Position numbers and translations under genes: made by a program
In this document: positions 13,853 to 41,925 of the stretch, piece after piece
How the letters are laid out: the number at the start of each line of letters is the position of its first letter
Position numbering within the stretch: position 1 is the stretch's first letter
From: Chrysomallon squamiferum
Taxonomy: Eukaryota > Animalia > Mollusca
DNA length: 64,000 nt
Assembly (NCBI GenBank): GCA_012295275.1
Contig: CM022678.1
Coordinates: 17,422,001-17,486,000, forward strand
Reading direction: 5' to 3'
The notes under the pieces: model-generated
Told to the model about the DNA's origin: nothing
The model's input: only the letters and a program-made list of their open reading frames with translations
The model's database searches: none

Positions 13853-14956
13853 ATTGTAATTGTTATCACACAGGACTGGTGTAAAGATGAGTTGCCTGAG
13901 GCTGATGGAGATGGGTATTTCAACACAGCTCTTCCTGTCATCCTCTTTCAGATGATGGAACAAAACGTCAGTACATCATTTCATTCCTTATTTTTATATC
14001 TTAATCTTCTTTAGTAACAATAAATTAAGAACATTTTGTAGCCAAAGAAAACAAAATTAAAAATTAAATAAAATGAAAATGACGTATTTGAATACTACGT
14101 GTATACATACACTGATAAAGGGAATAATTAAACAAAATTGTTTATTTTAAATTAAAGAGAAGACGAAACAAATATGATGAATGTGTTCTTTTATTTACAC
14201 ATGAATACTATGAATTAGTGATGATAAATATTTATATACAAAATAAAATTTAACAGAAAACATTTAAAGGTTATCATAGAAAATATCTTAATCATGTAAA
14301 ATATAAAACCTTTTGTTCTGAATATGATTGCAATATTAATGGCTCAAGTTGAAAAAACGTCAAAATTGTTTTCACTTTAAGATTTAAACCAAGCTGGATG
14401 ATTTTAATATTTAAAAAGTTTTTTTACCTTCTAGCTACAAGTGGCTCAGTTGATACATCAAGATCTGGTAAAGAGAGTTTTAGAATTGTTTTCTGATGAA
14501 CTGAAACAGTTTTCTAACGACTACTACACGTATGTCTGATTTTTAACTCTTCATCTTTGTAATATAGTTATGTGTGTGTGTGTGTGTGTGTGTGTGTTTT
14601 TTGTGTGTGTCTACACATTCTTTTTTCTATTGTCATGTTAAAATAAGTATGTCTGTTCTTTTAGTTGTCATTTTAACACACGTCTGTAATGACTACAAGT
14701 ATATCTCTACATTTTTTTAGTTGTCATATTTTCACTGCAAGGATTATTTTCTTTTTTTCTGTTACTATGGTATTTTATGTTTATGCAGCTTTACAACCTG
14801 TCATTTTTGTTTATTAATTTCTTGATTCATTCAGTTACCTGATATATTTTTTTTGCTATTGTTATTCTCATATAATGTCATCTTTTATTTTATTAGGCAT
14901 ATAATATTAATTAACATATAATAAACATCATTTAAGAAGTTTTATTGTTATTACTG

Positions 14957-15012
<56 letters not shown>

Positions 15013-16201
15013 GTTATTATTATTATATTAAAGTTATTGAGTGTTGTATTTATTTTTATTTTACCTAGATGAAATCAAGATTTTCAGAGAAAAGCATTTG
15101 GCAAATAGAAATGATCCCAAGTATTTTATTCATTATGTGGTAAGTGGAAATAAAAATGTGTTTTCTTTAAAATATATGGGTTACAGTTTACAATTTATCA
15201 GTTTAATTGTTTGAACTGACTGTCATAATATGCCCAGTACTTTATATATAGATTATTTATCTGTTCCTTTTGGGGTTTTCTTTATTAGTTATTATTAGTA
15301 GTATTATTATTATTTTATTATTATTATTTTTTTTTTATTTTTTTTTTTTTTTTTTTTTTAATTTTTAATTTTTTTTTTTTTTTTTTGGTTACTGTAGATC
15401 AAATGGTATAAACAGACAGTTTATATATTTTTTTACATATTTTAAGAATTTTTTATTTTTTTATTTTGAAAATTAGTTAATAATAAAGTATGTAAACTTG
15501 TATTAGTACACAAATGCAGATAATTATATTCTCATTCTTTTTCTTGATTACTTTGGACATTGCAAAGTATGTTAAAAACATTGATGATATAGTATACCTG
15601 GTTATGGAAGCATTACCGTAATATTCTCATGTGTTTGTTTTTTTACATTTCTGATATAATAAAAATAAAATAAAAGAGTATCTGATTTTGTTTGTATATG
15701 TGTGTGTGTGTGAGGGAGATAACATTAAATCTTACATCAGTATCATATCTACTGAATAAAAAAAGAAATTTTCATACATTTATAATGCTAAACATGTTTT
15801 TAAAGTGATTTTCTGAACCTCAGATAGAAGAGAATAGTCAAGTCTGCTCAGAATTTTCAGTTATTAATCATATTTAACTTCATACGTCTTTATAACCACA
15901 CAATGTAAATGAAGTTTATCTGCTAAGAAACATGAATATTTACATAACTTGATACCACTAAAACGTAACTCGGGTGAACACTACATTGTATGTGTGTTGA
16001 TTTGGTTTTCAGATTGCCAATGCTAACAACTGTCTGACATTTGGAGACTACATGAAGGAACTGAGGAAGAGATACTTGAAGAATGACTTTGAAGAAGAAG
16101 GATACGAAACTTTTGAAGAAGCCCATATTAGAAAGGACAGATTTCAACTTTTAACTGAACGATTCATGCAGATTTCTAAACGATGGTAACTAGCTTGTTA
16201 T

Positions 16202-16254
<53 letters not shown>

Positions 16255-17027
16255 AATGTGCATCAAGGTACTTTTTGTTTATATGTGTATGTGTGAATGT
16301 GAATATTCCCTGAAACAATAGCTCATTTAATCACCATATTTCCTTTGCTTCTTCTTTTTTCACATTTTTATTTATTTATTTATTTATTTATTTGTTTGTT
16401 TTCTAAATGTCTGTCAGTCTAACTTTATAATGAAAATGTGTTTATTCATGCAAGTTTTAAAATTTAAAATAAAGATTTTATTTATGTTTTCAGCTGCAAT
16501 GTGATTCTAGAAGAGTTTTTTCTGGATCTCAAAGACAGCAACTGTTTCAATGAGCTGATGACACGACCCTGGTAATAAAAACAAAACAGCAGCAATGTTG
16601 TTGTAGTGGTAGTTTTGTAATAGTAGTATAAACAGTGGTAACAGTAATAGCAGTAGCTTTTGAAATAGTCATTGTGGTAGTGATGGTAGTAGTTGTTGAG
16701 ATTAGACTTGGTGGTAGTAGTAGTAGTGGTGACAGCAATAGCAGCAGCAATAGTATTTGTAGTGGTAGGAGTTGTAGTACTGCTGCTTCTACCATTACTA
16801 CTATTATGACTACTGCTACTACTACTACTACTAGTGTTAATAATAATAATAATAATAATAATACTCACAAATAGACACACTGACACCATAATTATTCATA
16901 GATCTTTCAGCAGATATGTATCAAAAAGGAATTTTTTGTATAATTTAAAACATTTTTTGATATCATTTCCACATCAATCAAGGATTATTATTTTGTTTTC
17001 ACAGACTACAACCCCACACAACATTCA

Positions 17028-17066
<39 letters not shown>

Positions 17067-19488
17067 ACCCCATAATTATTATTCAACAATCATTCAACAG
17101 ACAGATATCAAAACGGCCTTGCATTCAATGAATGAATTGTGTTTGTGTTATTTCCACATCACAGCAGTGTTTATTGTTTTGTTCTTGCAGGCTTCGATCT
17201 TCGCAAGCCGTGGACACCATCTGCGCAACATGGGCCGACTACAACCAGGACTTCGTTCACCTGAAACCTAAAAACTTCGACATGCTGGTGGAAGCTGGAC
17301 AGACGAAAATACTTCTTGAATACCTGCGCGCTGTATTATCCAGGTATTTTATTTTTATTTATATTATATATTTAATTATCCAGGTAATTTTTTTATTTTT
17401 GATTTTTATTTTATAAATTTTTATTATACAGGTAATTTATTTAATTTTTAATTTTTTTTATATATATATTTCATTATACAGGTAATTTATTTTATTTTTG
17501 TTTTTAACATTTCATTATCATGGTAATTTATTTTATATTTATTTTTAACATTTCATTATCATGGTAATTTATTTTATTTTTTTGTTATTTTTATTTTTAA
17601 TATTTCATTATCAAGGTAATTTATTTTACTCTTATATGAAGGGCTGTAGGTTTAATCCTAAGTTTCTTATGTTTTTCTGTTAACTCTGTCAACTCCTTAA
17701 TTATTTAAAATGCAGTTTTATTATATCATTTCAAAGAAGATAATGAAAATAAATTATCTGTCACTTGTTTTGTTTGTTTGTTTGTTTGTTTTATTTTATT
17801 TTATTACTTTTTATTTTTATTTTTATTTTTTTATTATTATTTTTTTTTTTTTTTTTAAGGAAACTGTCATTTAAGAATTATGATGAGAGACGAGAATCTT
17901 GTGAAAAGATTTGCAGAGAGGCAAAACAGATGAAGACTTTGTTCAAAGAAATGGCCCCAAATCAAGTGAATATACTTAAAATCACTTCTTAAAACAAATA
18001 TTTAACATACATATGTGAATCTCTCTATCTATCTATCTATCTATCTGTCTATCTATCTATGTATCTATCTATCTATACATGTCGTATGTATGTCTCTATC
18101 TCTGTCTGTCTCTTTCTATCTTTTTCTCTCTTTCTGTAACTGTCTGTAGATCTGTCTGTCTTTGTCTCCTACTCAGCTTTCCGCACACTGTTAAAGATTT
18201 GTTTCTCATTTCAGAATGTTGCTGCTTTTGACGTCCTTCCCGCAGTGGCTGAAGTCCTCAAACTACGAGACACGTCAATGTTGTCACTGGAAGTGATGGT
18301 AACATACTTTTACAGTCTTACATTGTTATTATTATTATTTATTTATTTTTGTTTTTATTTTGTTATTATTATTTATATTATTTTGTTATTATTATTATTA
18401 CTATTTTATTTTTATTATTTTATTATTATTATTATTATTTATTTTTTATTATTATTATTTTGTTATTATTTTGTTATTATTATTATCATTATTTTGTGAT
18501 TAATATTATTTTGTTATTGTTATTATTATTATTATTATTTTTATTTTTTTTTTATTTGGGTTTTTAAATTTTCATCCCCTCTTTATTCTTATAAATAGAA
18601 AACAATTTGTCCTTTATATGACAGACTCTTTTAATAACAGACTGATTAGAATTTAGCTACTGAATTTTTTAATAAACTTAATATTTTATCTGATGAAATC
18701 TCTCCTTCAGAATCCAGTTATTTTAAACATATTTAATATTTGTTTTGTTTTATAAAATGTCTGCATCAAAACAAAACTGATGGTGTGCTTATAAAATTAC
18801 TTTCCTTGCTATGAGCTAAAAATCACTGATTTAGATGAACTGATAGTGAAAATTCTCAAGTCTTATCTACATTACTATCTGATTTCTGCTGTATTTGTTA
18901 AAGTCATAACATGAATAGAAGCAGAAATAAGTGAAAATTGACAGTTTCCTTAGTTTCTCATGCATTTATAACTTTATCAATCTTTATTATTATTGTTATT
19001 ATTTCATTATTATTATTATCACTATTACTATTATTATTGTTATTACTGTTGTTGTTGTTGTTATTGTTATTGTTTTTTTTTAAAGGGTTTGGTGAGAAAG
19101 TACCCAGATATTAGGTTGGAACAGCTCATAAATTTGATTCTTTCCCGAGGAGACATAGGTAGATCTGATGCCAGACAGGTGATTTTTAGTTTTTTTTTAT
19201 TAACAATAAATTATTCTATTTTATTATCAATACTAGAATTTTCAAATTGTTATTAATAATAGTAATTTTTTTGTTATTTTTAATAATAGGAAGTTTTAAA
19301 TGTAACCAGTAGTGATATTAATCTGCCTAAAAATTTTTGAATTAATTTATTAACTGCATTTTAAGGATTCTTCTTATTATTATTTAAATTATTATTTTTG
19401 GTTTTCAACTTTATGCATACACATGCATGTTTTTTTGGATTTAATCATTGTTTATTTTTGAATTTAGTATATTTCTTCAGTTAACTAT

Positions 19489-19525
<37 letters not shown>

Positions 19526-19843
19526 CATTTATATTTATTTATTTATTTGTTTGTTTATTTATTTATTCATTCATTATTTATTCATTTATTCGTTTCTTTA
19601 TTTTCTTTATTTTAATATTTCTTTATTAATTTTATTATTCATTTATTTATTCATTTATTAATTATTTATTTATTTATATATGTATTGATTTCTTTATTTA
19701 TTGATTTGTTTATTTATTATTTATTTGTTTGTTTGTTTATTTATTTATTTATTTATTCACAGTTGGCTATGGATGCACTGGGGGATGATGACAGCATGAA
19801 ACAAAAACCAAAAGGAATTTTCAGTGAGCTGGCAGCCACTTAA
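6917..19843 (+). CDS. EXOC3: Exocyst complex component 3 (Sec6), 22 coding exons
   Basis: Exons: 6917-7021, 7858-8027, 8379-8469, 9318-9424, 9752-9833, 10094-10242, 10650-10763, 11000-11105, 11491-11574, 11795-11868, 12374-12469, 13081-13147, 13874-13966, 14435-14529, 15069-15139, 16013-16185, 16494-16571, 17191-17343, 17860-17965, 18215-18298, 19086-19178, 19763-19843; all introns GT-AG. Recognisable Sec6 peptides: [123 protein letters not shown]. One junction (exon 14/15) is off by 1 nt as I read it. Confidence 0.95.
7100..7400 (+). mobile_element. Degenerate interspersed repeat (SINE-like) in EXOC3 intron 1
   Basis: Non-coding complex sequence with B-box-like GGATCAATCC; appears to have reverse-complement-related fragments around 47080-47340. 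Similarity judged by eye only. Confidence 0.3.
13420..13870. repeat. Compound (ATT/GTT/ATC)n trinucleotide tract
   Basis: Direct observation; source of spurious poly-V/I/N/T ORFs. Confidence 0.9.
17335..17625 (+). repeat. ~40-52 bp tandem repeat (7 units) beginning at the EXOC3 exon-18 donor
   Basis: Unit TTCATTAT(A/C)CAGGTAATTTATTTT...; GT at 17344, 17384, 17432, 17482, 17523, 17564, 17616. Confidence 0.85.
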
Positions 19844-22800
19844 AAATAAAACTTCATTATTATTTTAACAAAACTGCACAAACTTCCATCAACTATCAGT
19901 AGCATAACTGAAAACTTCAGTAAATAATTTATAAAAGTTGAGCAAGTCATTGTATTTGATGTTAATGTATGAGGAAAAAAGTTGTAACTGCATCTTTAGT
20001 TTAAGTGTATTTCACAGTTTACCTATTAATTCCCCAAATAATTTTATTACTGAAGTTCAGTAATTCATTAAATCTGATCTTAAAGTTCAGTCATCAATGA
20101 CATAACTCATCTTTATTTTAACAATTTATAAAGATCAAGACCAGCCTCAAGTAAAGATAAATAATAATAATAATTAAAATTAATAATGAAAAAAATGTTT
20201 TGTTCTGTAAATAATCAGTTGAAGTACGTTAATTTAATGAAGTTAACCTGAAGTTTAAGGAACAGAGTATTGTACTGTGCAATAGTGAGATAGCCAGTGT
20301 TTAAGAGACGTGATGGATATTAATAATATCTGTAATGTAATTCAGTGTGTCTGGATCATGTTGAACATTTGGTTTGGAGAGGTGATTGATTTAATGAGGT
20401 GCTGTGTTAAGATTTTTGATGAATCACAAATATGTTGAAATCATCTGGTTTGTGAAAGAATTGTGGTTTAGTGAAGATTCAACGTTGAAGTTTAACTAAA
20501 TGTAAAATGTATGCAGATAATAGTCAAAGTAATAATAATAAGAAGAAGAAGAAAATAATAATAAAAGATTCATCGAGGTGTTTGTCATTTTAAAATATTT
20601 CTGATCAGTTCTACATGTGAAAGCAACATAACGGTTGTTTATTATTTACAAAATAATTTATTGTTGTCGTTGTTTTAATTAATGTTTGTGGATGGAAATA
20701 ATACACAATTATTTAATGTTTCTTTTGCACATTATTTAAGAATATTAATTGCATCTTTGTGAACATCTGGTCACACACACGTGTATGTGCATACAAATAT
20801 GCAGAAAGAATTTTTTTTTATTAATAAAAAATATTTAATAAATAAAACAAAAACGTCTTTTTGTAATTTGTACTTAAAATCTTACTCATATATCTATGTT
20901 ATTTCTTTTTCTTCCTCTTATTATTAATCATTTAATGTTTTCATCATCATTAGTAGCAGTAGTAGTAGTAGTAGTAGTTTTTCTACATGTGCAGATGTTG
21001 GGGGGGTATTTAATCATATAGATTCTCATTCATAAACATACTCTTCACATTATATTTTATTTGTATTTTGTTTTCAAATGTACCAGAATATGTATGTAAG
21101 GAATTCCACAAATTACGAACATGCATCAAGTGGATTATGTTATCGACTGCCATGTTAGCTATTGCATTCTGGGACAGCGGACGTCATCAAAAACAAGCAA
21201 TTGCCGTAATGGCGCCCACTATTAATTCGTTTTTCCACCAAGACCGTCATCAGTATGGGTGATTGTTTTGGTTCGTGCAGCTTGCAATATTCTTTAATAA
21301 AAATAAATAAATAAGTAAATAAATAAATAAATAAATAAGTAAATAAATAAATAAGTAAATAAATAAATAAATAAGTAAATAAACAAATAAATAAATATTG
21401 AAGCAGTAGTGGTACTAGTAGTCAGTGCGTGAATTAGGCTTTGTGAATCGTTTGTTAAAAAATGTCCTGTTATTTATTTATTTATTTTTAAGGCTTCTTT
21501 CTCTTATGCCAGAATAACACACTAATAGTAGTAATAATTGACATCGTTGAAGTAATAGTAGAAATAGCAGCAAACCGACAATAACAAACAACACACAATA
21601 ATTTAAAAAAACAGAACTACTTTAATCTTCAAATAGTGAAATATACATAGATACACGTCATTCAGTTAGACACACAATGTATATTGTTGTGACGATAACA
21701 AATGAAAAGCAGTTTTTGAATATAATAAATACAAACACAAAATATTTCTAATATATATCACCTTGCTATGCTTACCGTGAAAGCTTTATATACATAAATA
21801 TTGCCACCAGTTTGCCAATATATCACTTTTTTAATAGTAGCCATCGATATATCCAAATAGCTTATTTATAAACCATTAATTCTATAAATCAAATACATAA
21901 AAAAAAAAAAAAAAAAAAAAAATGTTCTCCCTGGTCTATAATTGGAATTGCATATAATAATTTGTTTTAATAGCACCCTTTTATTTTTATATAGTTTATT
22001 GGATTCGGCAAAAGAGGTTTAGCATAATTCATAGGCGAATGTTAGAAACGCCATTTTGACTGTTTGTTTAACATTAACTAAATTGTTTTAGTTCATCCAT
22101 GTCCGTTGTTTAGCTGCATCCTTTGACCGGAAACAAGTAAAGATTTCACGTCTGTTTCTTCTTGCGATGAAAACAAAATACAAGAAGAAACGAAACGAGT
22201 ACATTCTTGTTTAGCAAAGGAATACAGTTATTATAAAATGAGGACAACCAACAGTTTTAATTTATGTTGATGGTAGCCATGGTTACATTACATGCTTGTG
22301 CTTGTTAAACAGTAAAACAGACTGAAATAAATGAATGAATGAATGGATATATTTTCTGTTTATCAATACAATATACCTTGTTTATTTTATTTTATAATAA
22401 TGAGATAGTGAGATGTTTTATTATTCTGTAAGTATCTAATAATTTTTAATTAAGATTTTTTCACCTAACTTTTTTCCACAAAGTAATAATTTATATAAAT
22501 ATTATGCTTTAACTACTGAATCCACAGCAAAGAATATACCAGAAGGACAAACATAATTATTTAATACTGGAAGAGGAACAAAGCTTCGTCTAATTCAGAC
22601 TCGAAGATCGGTACAATGAATTTTAGCATTTAGTTTACGCGAATGCCCAAATATAGCATCAGAGTTAATAAAACAACCATCTTTCTTTTCTTTCTTTTTT
22701 TTGGAAACAAACACGTGTAAGCATAAGTATGCAAATACACTAAATATCGTTAGGTATTTTATTACTGTTTTAAATAATGCGTAAACCAGAATTGTTATTT

Positions 22801-23462
22801 CTTCTTACGTGTTCATGTTTGTTTTTGTATTGTTTTTTTTTTTTTACTTCTATACATGAAAGCATACATAAATAAGCTTCTCCAAACTGAAATATTATTT
22901 TTAGAATTCAGCAAGGCTGAAAAGGGTGTGCACGAAACGCTTTAATATCAGTATGTAATAGTTTGCATGATATTCTGCAGTTTGTACGAGGACTGAACAT
23001 GCAAAAATAAACTATCTGATAGTATCAGCTACGTTAAATATGTTGCATGATATATAAATACAGAGGGCTTGATATTCTGTTGTTTGTTCGAAGGTAGAAC
23101 ATGTAAAAATGGTCTATCGTATGACCTACGTTAATGTGTTTCACGATATTATAGAGAACTCTCGCAATCCAGGGAAATGTAAGTGCATTATAGTGATTAA
23201 TATATACATATATACATATCAAGCTTAGTCCAAAGAAAGACGTGTTCTGCAATCGCAGATTTCCCGAACAGTAAGAAATCTTCTTCTCGGGTCAAGTTCA
23301 TCGCTGATAGAAAAGGGACGTAACTCCAGCATATCACATCATTTATCTGTCCCTTCCAACGGTAACAAAATCAAATAATCTGTTCTTTTTGTATATCAGT
23401 TAAAAAGAAATATAAACTTCATCAATCAACAGTATTACATAATTATTAATTTTTGGATCGTT

Positions 23463-38577
<15,115 letters not shown>

Positions 38578-38689
38578 AACAATTCCTCCTTTCTTCCAGA
38601 CAGTGTTTAAAAATTCTTCTTTCGTCTTTAAGCAATTAAAACTTCAAAACAACTTTCTATCGTTTGAAACTACTTTCGCAAAACCCTCC

Positions 38690-38740
38690 GTCGTTATATA
38701 TATAAGCCCTTCCGCCAAAAAAGGACTGCGCATGCGCGTA
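38690..38740 (-). promoter_or_regulatory. Core promoter of the LU-domain gene
   Basis: TATA-like TATATATAA ~38695-38705, about 120 bp upstream of the ATG; palindromic GCGCATGCGC (NRF1-type) at 38728-38737. Confidence 0.55.
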
Positions 38741-39609
38741 GAACCTCTGCCTCTGACTGGATGAACGAGTGTAAACAAAGCCGAAAGACTGTGTTTAATT
38801 TTGGAAAGTGAAAAATTACGTTGACCGTAAGACGGCAGACTTTAAAAAATTCGATCGATAAACACGCAATGTTAACCTTGAAAAAACCGATGTCAGTTTA
38901 ACAGAACGCGACCGAAGCAATGAAAACATTCAATAATGATAAAAATAATATTTGCAAACAGAAGGGTACATACTTGTTTAATAAAAGACCGTAGCCCGTT
39001 TGACATCATAGATGTATGAATTTTGGGGTTTTTTCTTTGTTATGTTTTTTTTTGAAATATTAAATTACTTTGTGTGATTCTTCTTTTCTCGTTTTCCATC
39101 CTTTTTTTTTTTTTTTTTTTTTTTTGACTGTACCTTCGTCTTTTATTCGTTCATTCTTTATCAATGGTTAAAAAAATTAAATTAATTTTGTTTGGTTACC
39201 GAGTTCTTAATATTTTGTTTATCGGTTTGTTCGTTCTTTATTTCGATACACTCAATCTTCTGTCATTTCTTTTTCCATTTCATTCTTTATAAATTAGATT
39301 ACAAAACGTTTAAAATAAAAGTTAATTTGATTTTTTTAGTATTTATTATTCTGTTTGGCTGTGACATAGTAAGCAATAAATTTAATAAATCTAAATAAAA
39401 TAAAGGCTGCAAATATTTTCATTTCTGCTTTATTAAAACAGCATATACAAATTTTTATTTCTTAACCATCGTAGTATTTTAATGCAATATAATGTAATCT
39501 GATAAAATTTAATGGTAGAAAGAAAGTTAGCTTTCCATTAAAAAGTAAACTATGAATAAAATAACTATAATACAAGTTTTCTGTCATCTTATCTTGCTCT
39601 CTCTCATTG

Positions 39610-39680
<71 letters not shown>

Positions 39681-39911
39681 GTCTCGGACATAACATAGCA
39701 AACATAAAAGTAGCTCACGGAAATCTCAGGTATATAAATTATTTAAATTTTCATATACTAATTTAAATTCTCAAAATAATTTAGACTCAGCAAATAAATC
39801 AATAAATAAATTTTCTATCTTTAATTAGAATTAGACTGCTTTTGTTTTCAATTTTTCTTTTATTCTTTTTTTTCTTTTTTTTTTTTTTTGTCCGATAAAA
39901 CTTACAATCAA

Positions 39912-39948
<37 letters not shown>

Positions 39949-41876
39949 TTCTGACACGGACTAGGTGCCCTACAACAAATTCCCGCCACTTAACAAGCAG
40001 ACGAGAGTTTGCAACAGATCACCAGCGTTTGTGTAGCTCGATATGGACACAACTATTTTAAACAGACGACAGATGAAAACTGTTTTGCCATTCTGCACCA
40101 AGCAGAGCAGAGAGTGGACTGACTAAGTAAAGAAAGATGCAGATTATTTATATGTTGTGTATTTAATTTTCTTATATCCGGATTAACTGAAATTGTTTGG
40201 GTTATTTGCTAGGGTTACTCGTTCTCTTTTCATTCTTAAATTTTTGTTTTTTATTTTTAATTTATCTGTAATTCATTTTTCTATGGTCTGCATTTCTTCT
40301 TTGTCTGTTTATCATTAAAATTTTAATTTACTCTTATAAATTTAAAATGGTAAACAAATATTTTTCTATTATTCTTAAATGATAAATCCGGAGTAGACGA
40401 TTTCTGATAATGGACAAATATTTTTACATATTATTTTGTATTTATGTATTATGTATGTATGTATGTATGTTTGTATGTTATGTAACATATATTTGTTTGT
40501 GTGTACATATATATATATGTGTATACACACATACATACACACACATACACACATACATACACACACATACACACACGTATATTATACTATTTCGTTTATT
40601 TATTTATTAACAGTAGTACAAGCAGTAGCAATCTCATCATTACTATCATCATCATCATCGTTTCTTTATTTTGTAAAACAAAAGATATATAACTACTACT
40701 GTTAATAAATAAATAAATAAATAAACATCATTAATTATGTGTGAGTCTTTATTTATGTTGTGTTTGTCTATATATATATATTCAACCACTGCATCGAAAA
40801 CAAACTGGTGTTGCATCTGGGTGATATTTATAATGTCAGTTTCGTCTGGCATGAACTTGACGCCGACAACAAATTCCCGCCACTTAACAAGCAGACGACA
40901 ACTCTGTACAGATAACAGACATGTTTGCGCTAACTATTTTTAGACTATTACGACCAAAATTTTGCATATCCAGTATATATATATATATATGTTATTCGTC
41001 TTCTTCTTCTTCTATAATATATTTTTTCTTTATTTATTTGTTTGTTTCTTCTTTTTTCTTTTTTCTTTTTTTTTTTTTCTTATTCTTTTTTCTTTATTTT
41101 CGTTCTTTTTGTCGCCACTGTTTTTTTGGGTTTTTTTGTTTTTTTATATATTTGCTTTTGTTCATATTAATGAAACAAGAATGCACGTCTTTAAATAAGA
41201 ATTTTTTTTAATAATACAGTGACAATGAATCATTGTGTCCATCATCATCATAATCATCTTTATCGTAGTCATATATAGTAACAAACATTTATTATTAACC
41301 GACTTTTGAGAAGTCAAGAAGTATGAAAACAAAGGGAAAAAAAGAAAGAAAAAAAAAAAGAAAGAAAGAAAGAAAAGAAAGAAAGAAAGAAAAGAAAGAA
41401 AAGAGGAGCAATAAGGAAAAGGAAAATAAAATTTAAAAAATTTCATAAAAACATGAAAAAAATTTCATAAAAAATATTCATTGATATAAGGGTGTAATAC
41501 TGTATTTTGCAGCCGAATACTTCCTTCAGATTAGTTTATTTTCTAATACCAAGCACACACCCTGAACCCGGAGTCAATCTTAAGAAATACTTAAGAAAAT
41601 ATTTAACAAACAGTCCGTTCTTTTGGAATTAAATAAGTTCGTTAATTAAACGGCTGGACCCAGAAGCCGAACAAGGTTTTTTCGTGTTGATTCTTGGCAG
41701 AATAAGCGCAACAAAATCAACTGATCAATGGATGATCGTGTTTCAGTCAATTGTCGCTTGCGGCGCTTTTGTTTTTTCACTTCAGCGCCTTACCTAATGC
41801 AATTAATTACCCAAGGTCGAAAATTGTAAGTTAAACGAAGTTTATATACTTGTTTGGTTTAGGGAAACAGACACTG

Positions 41877-41925
<49 letters not shown>

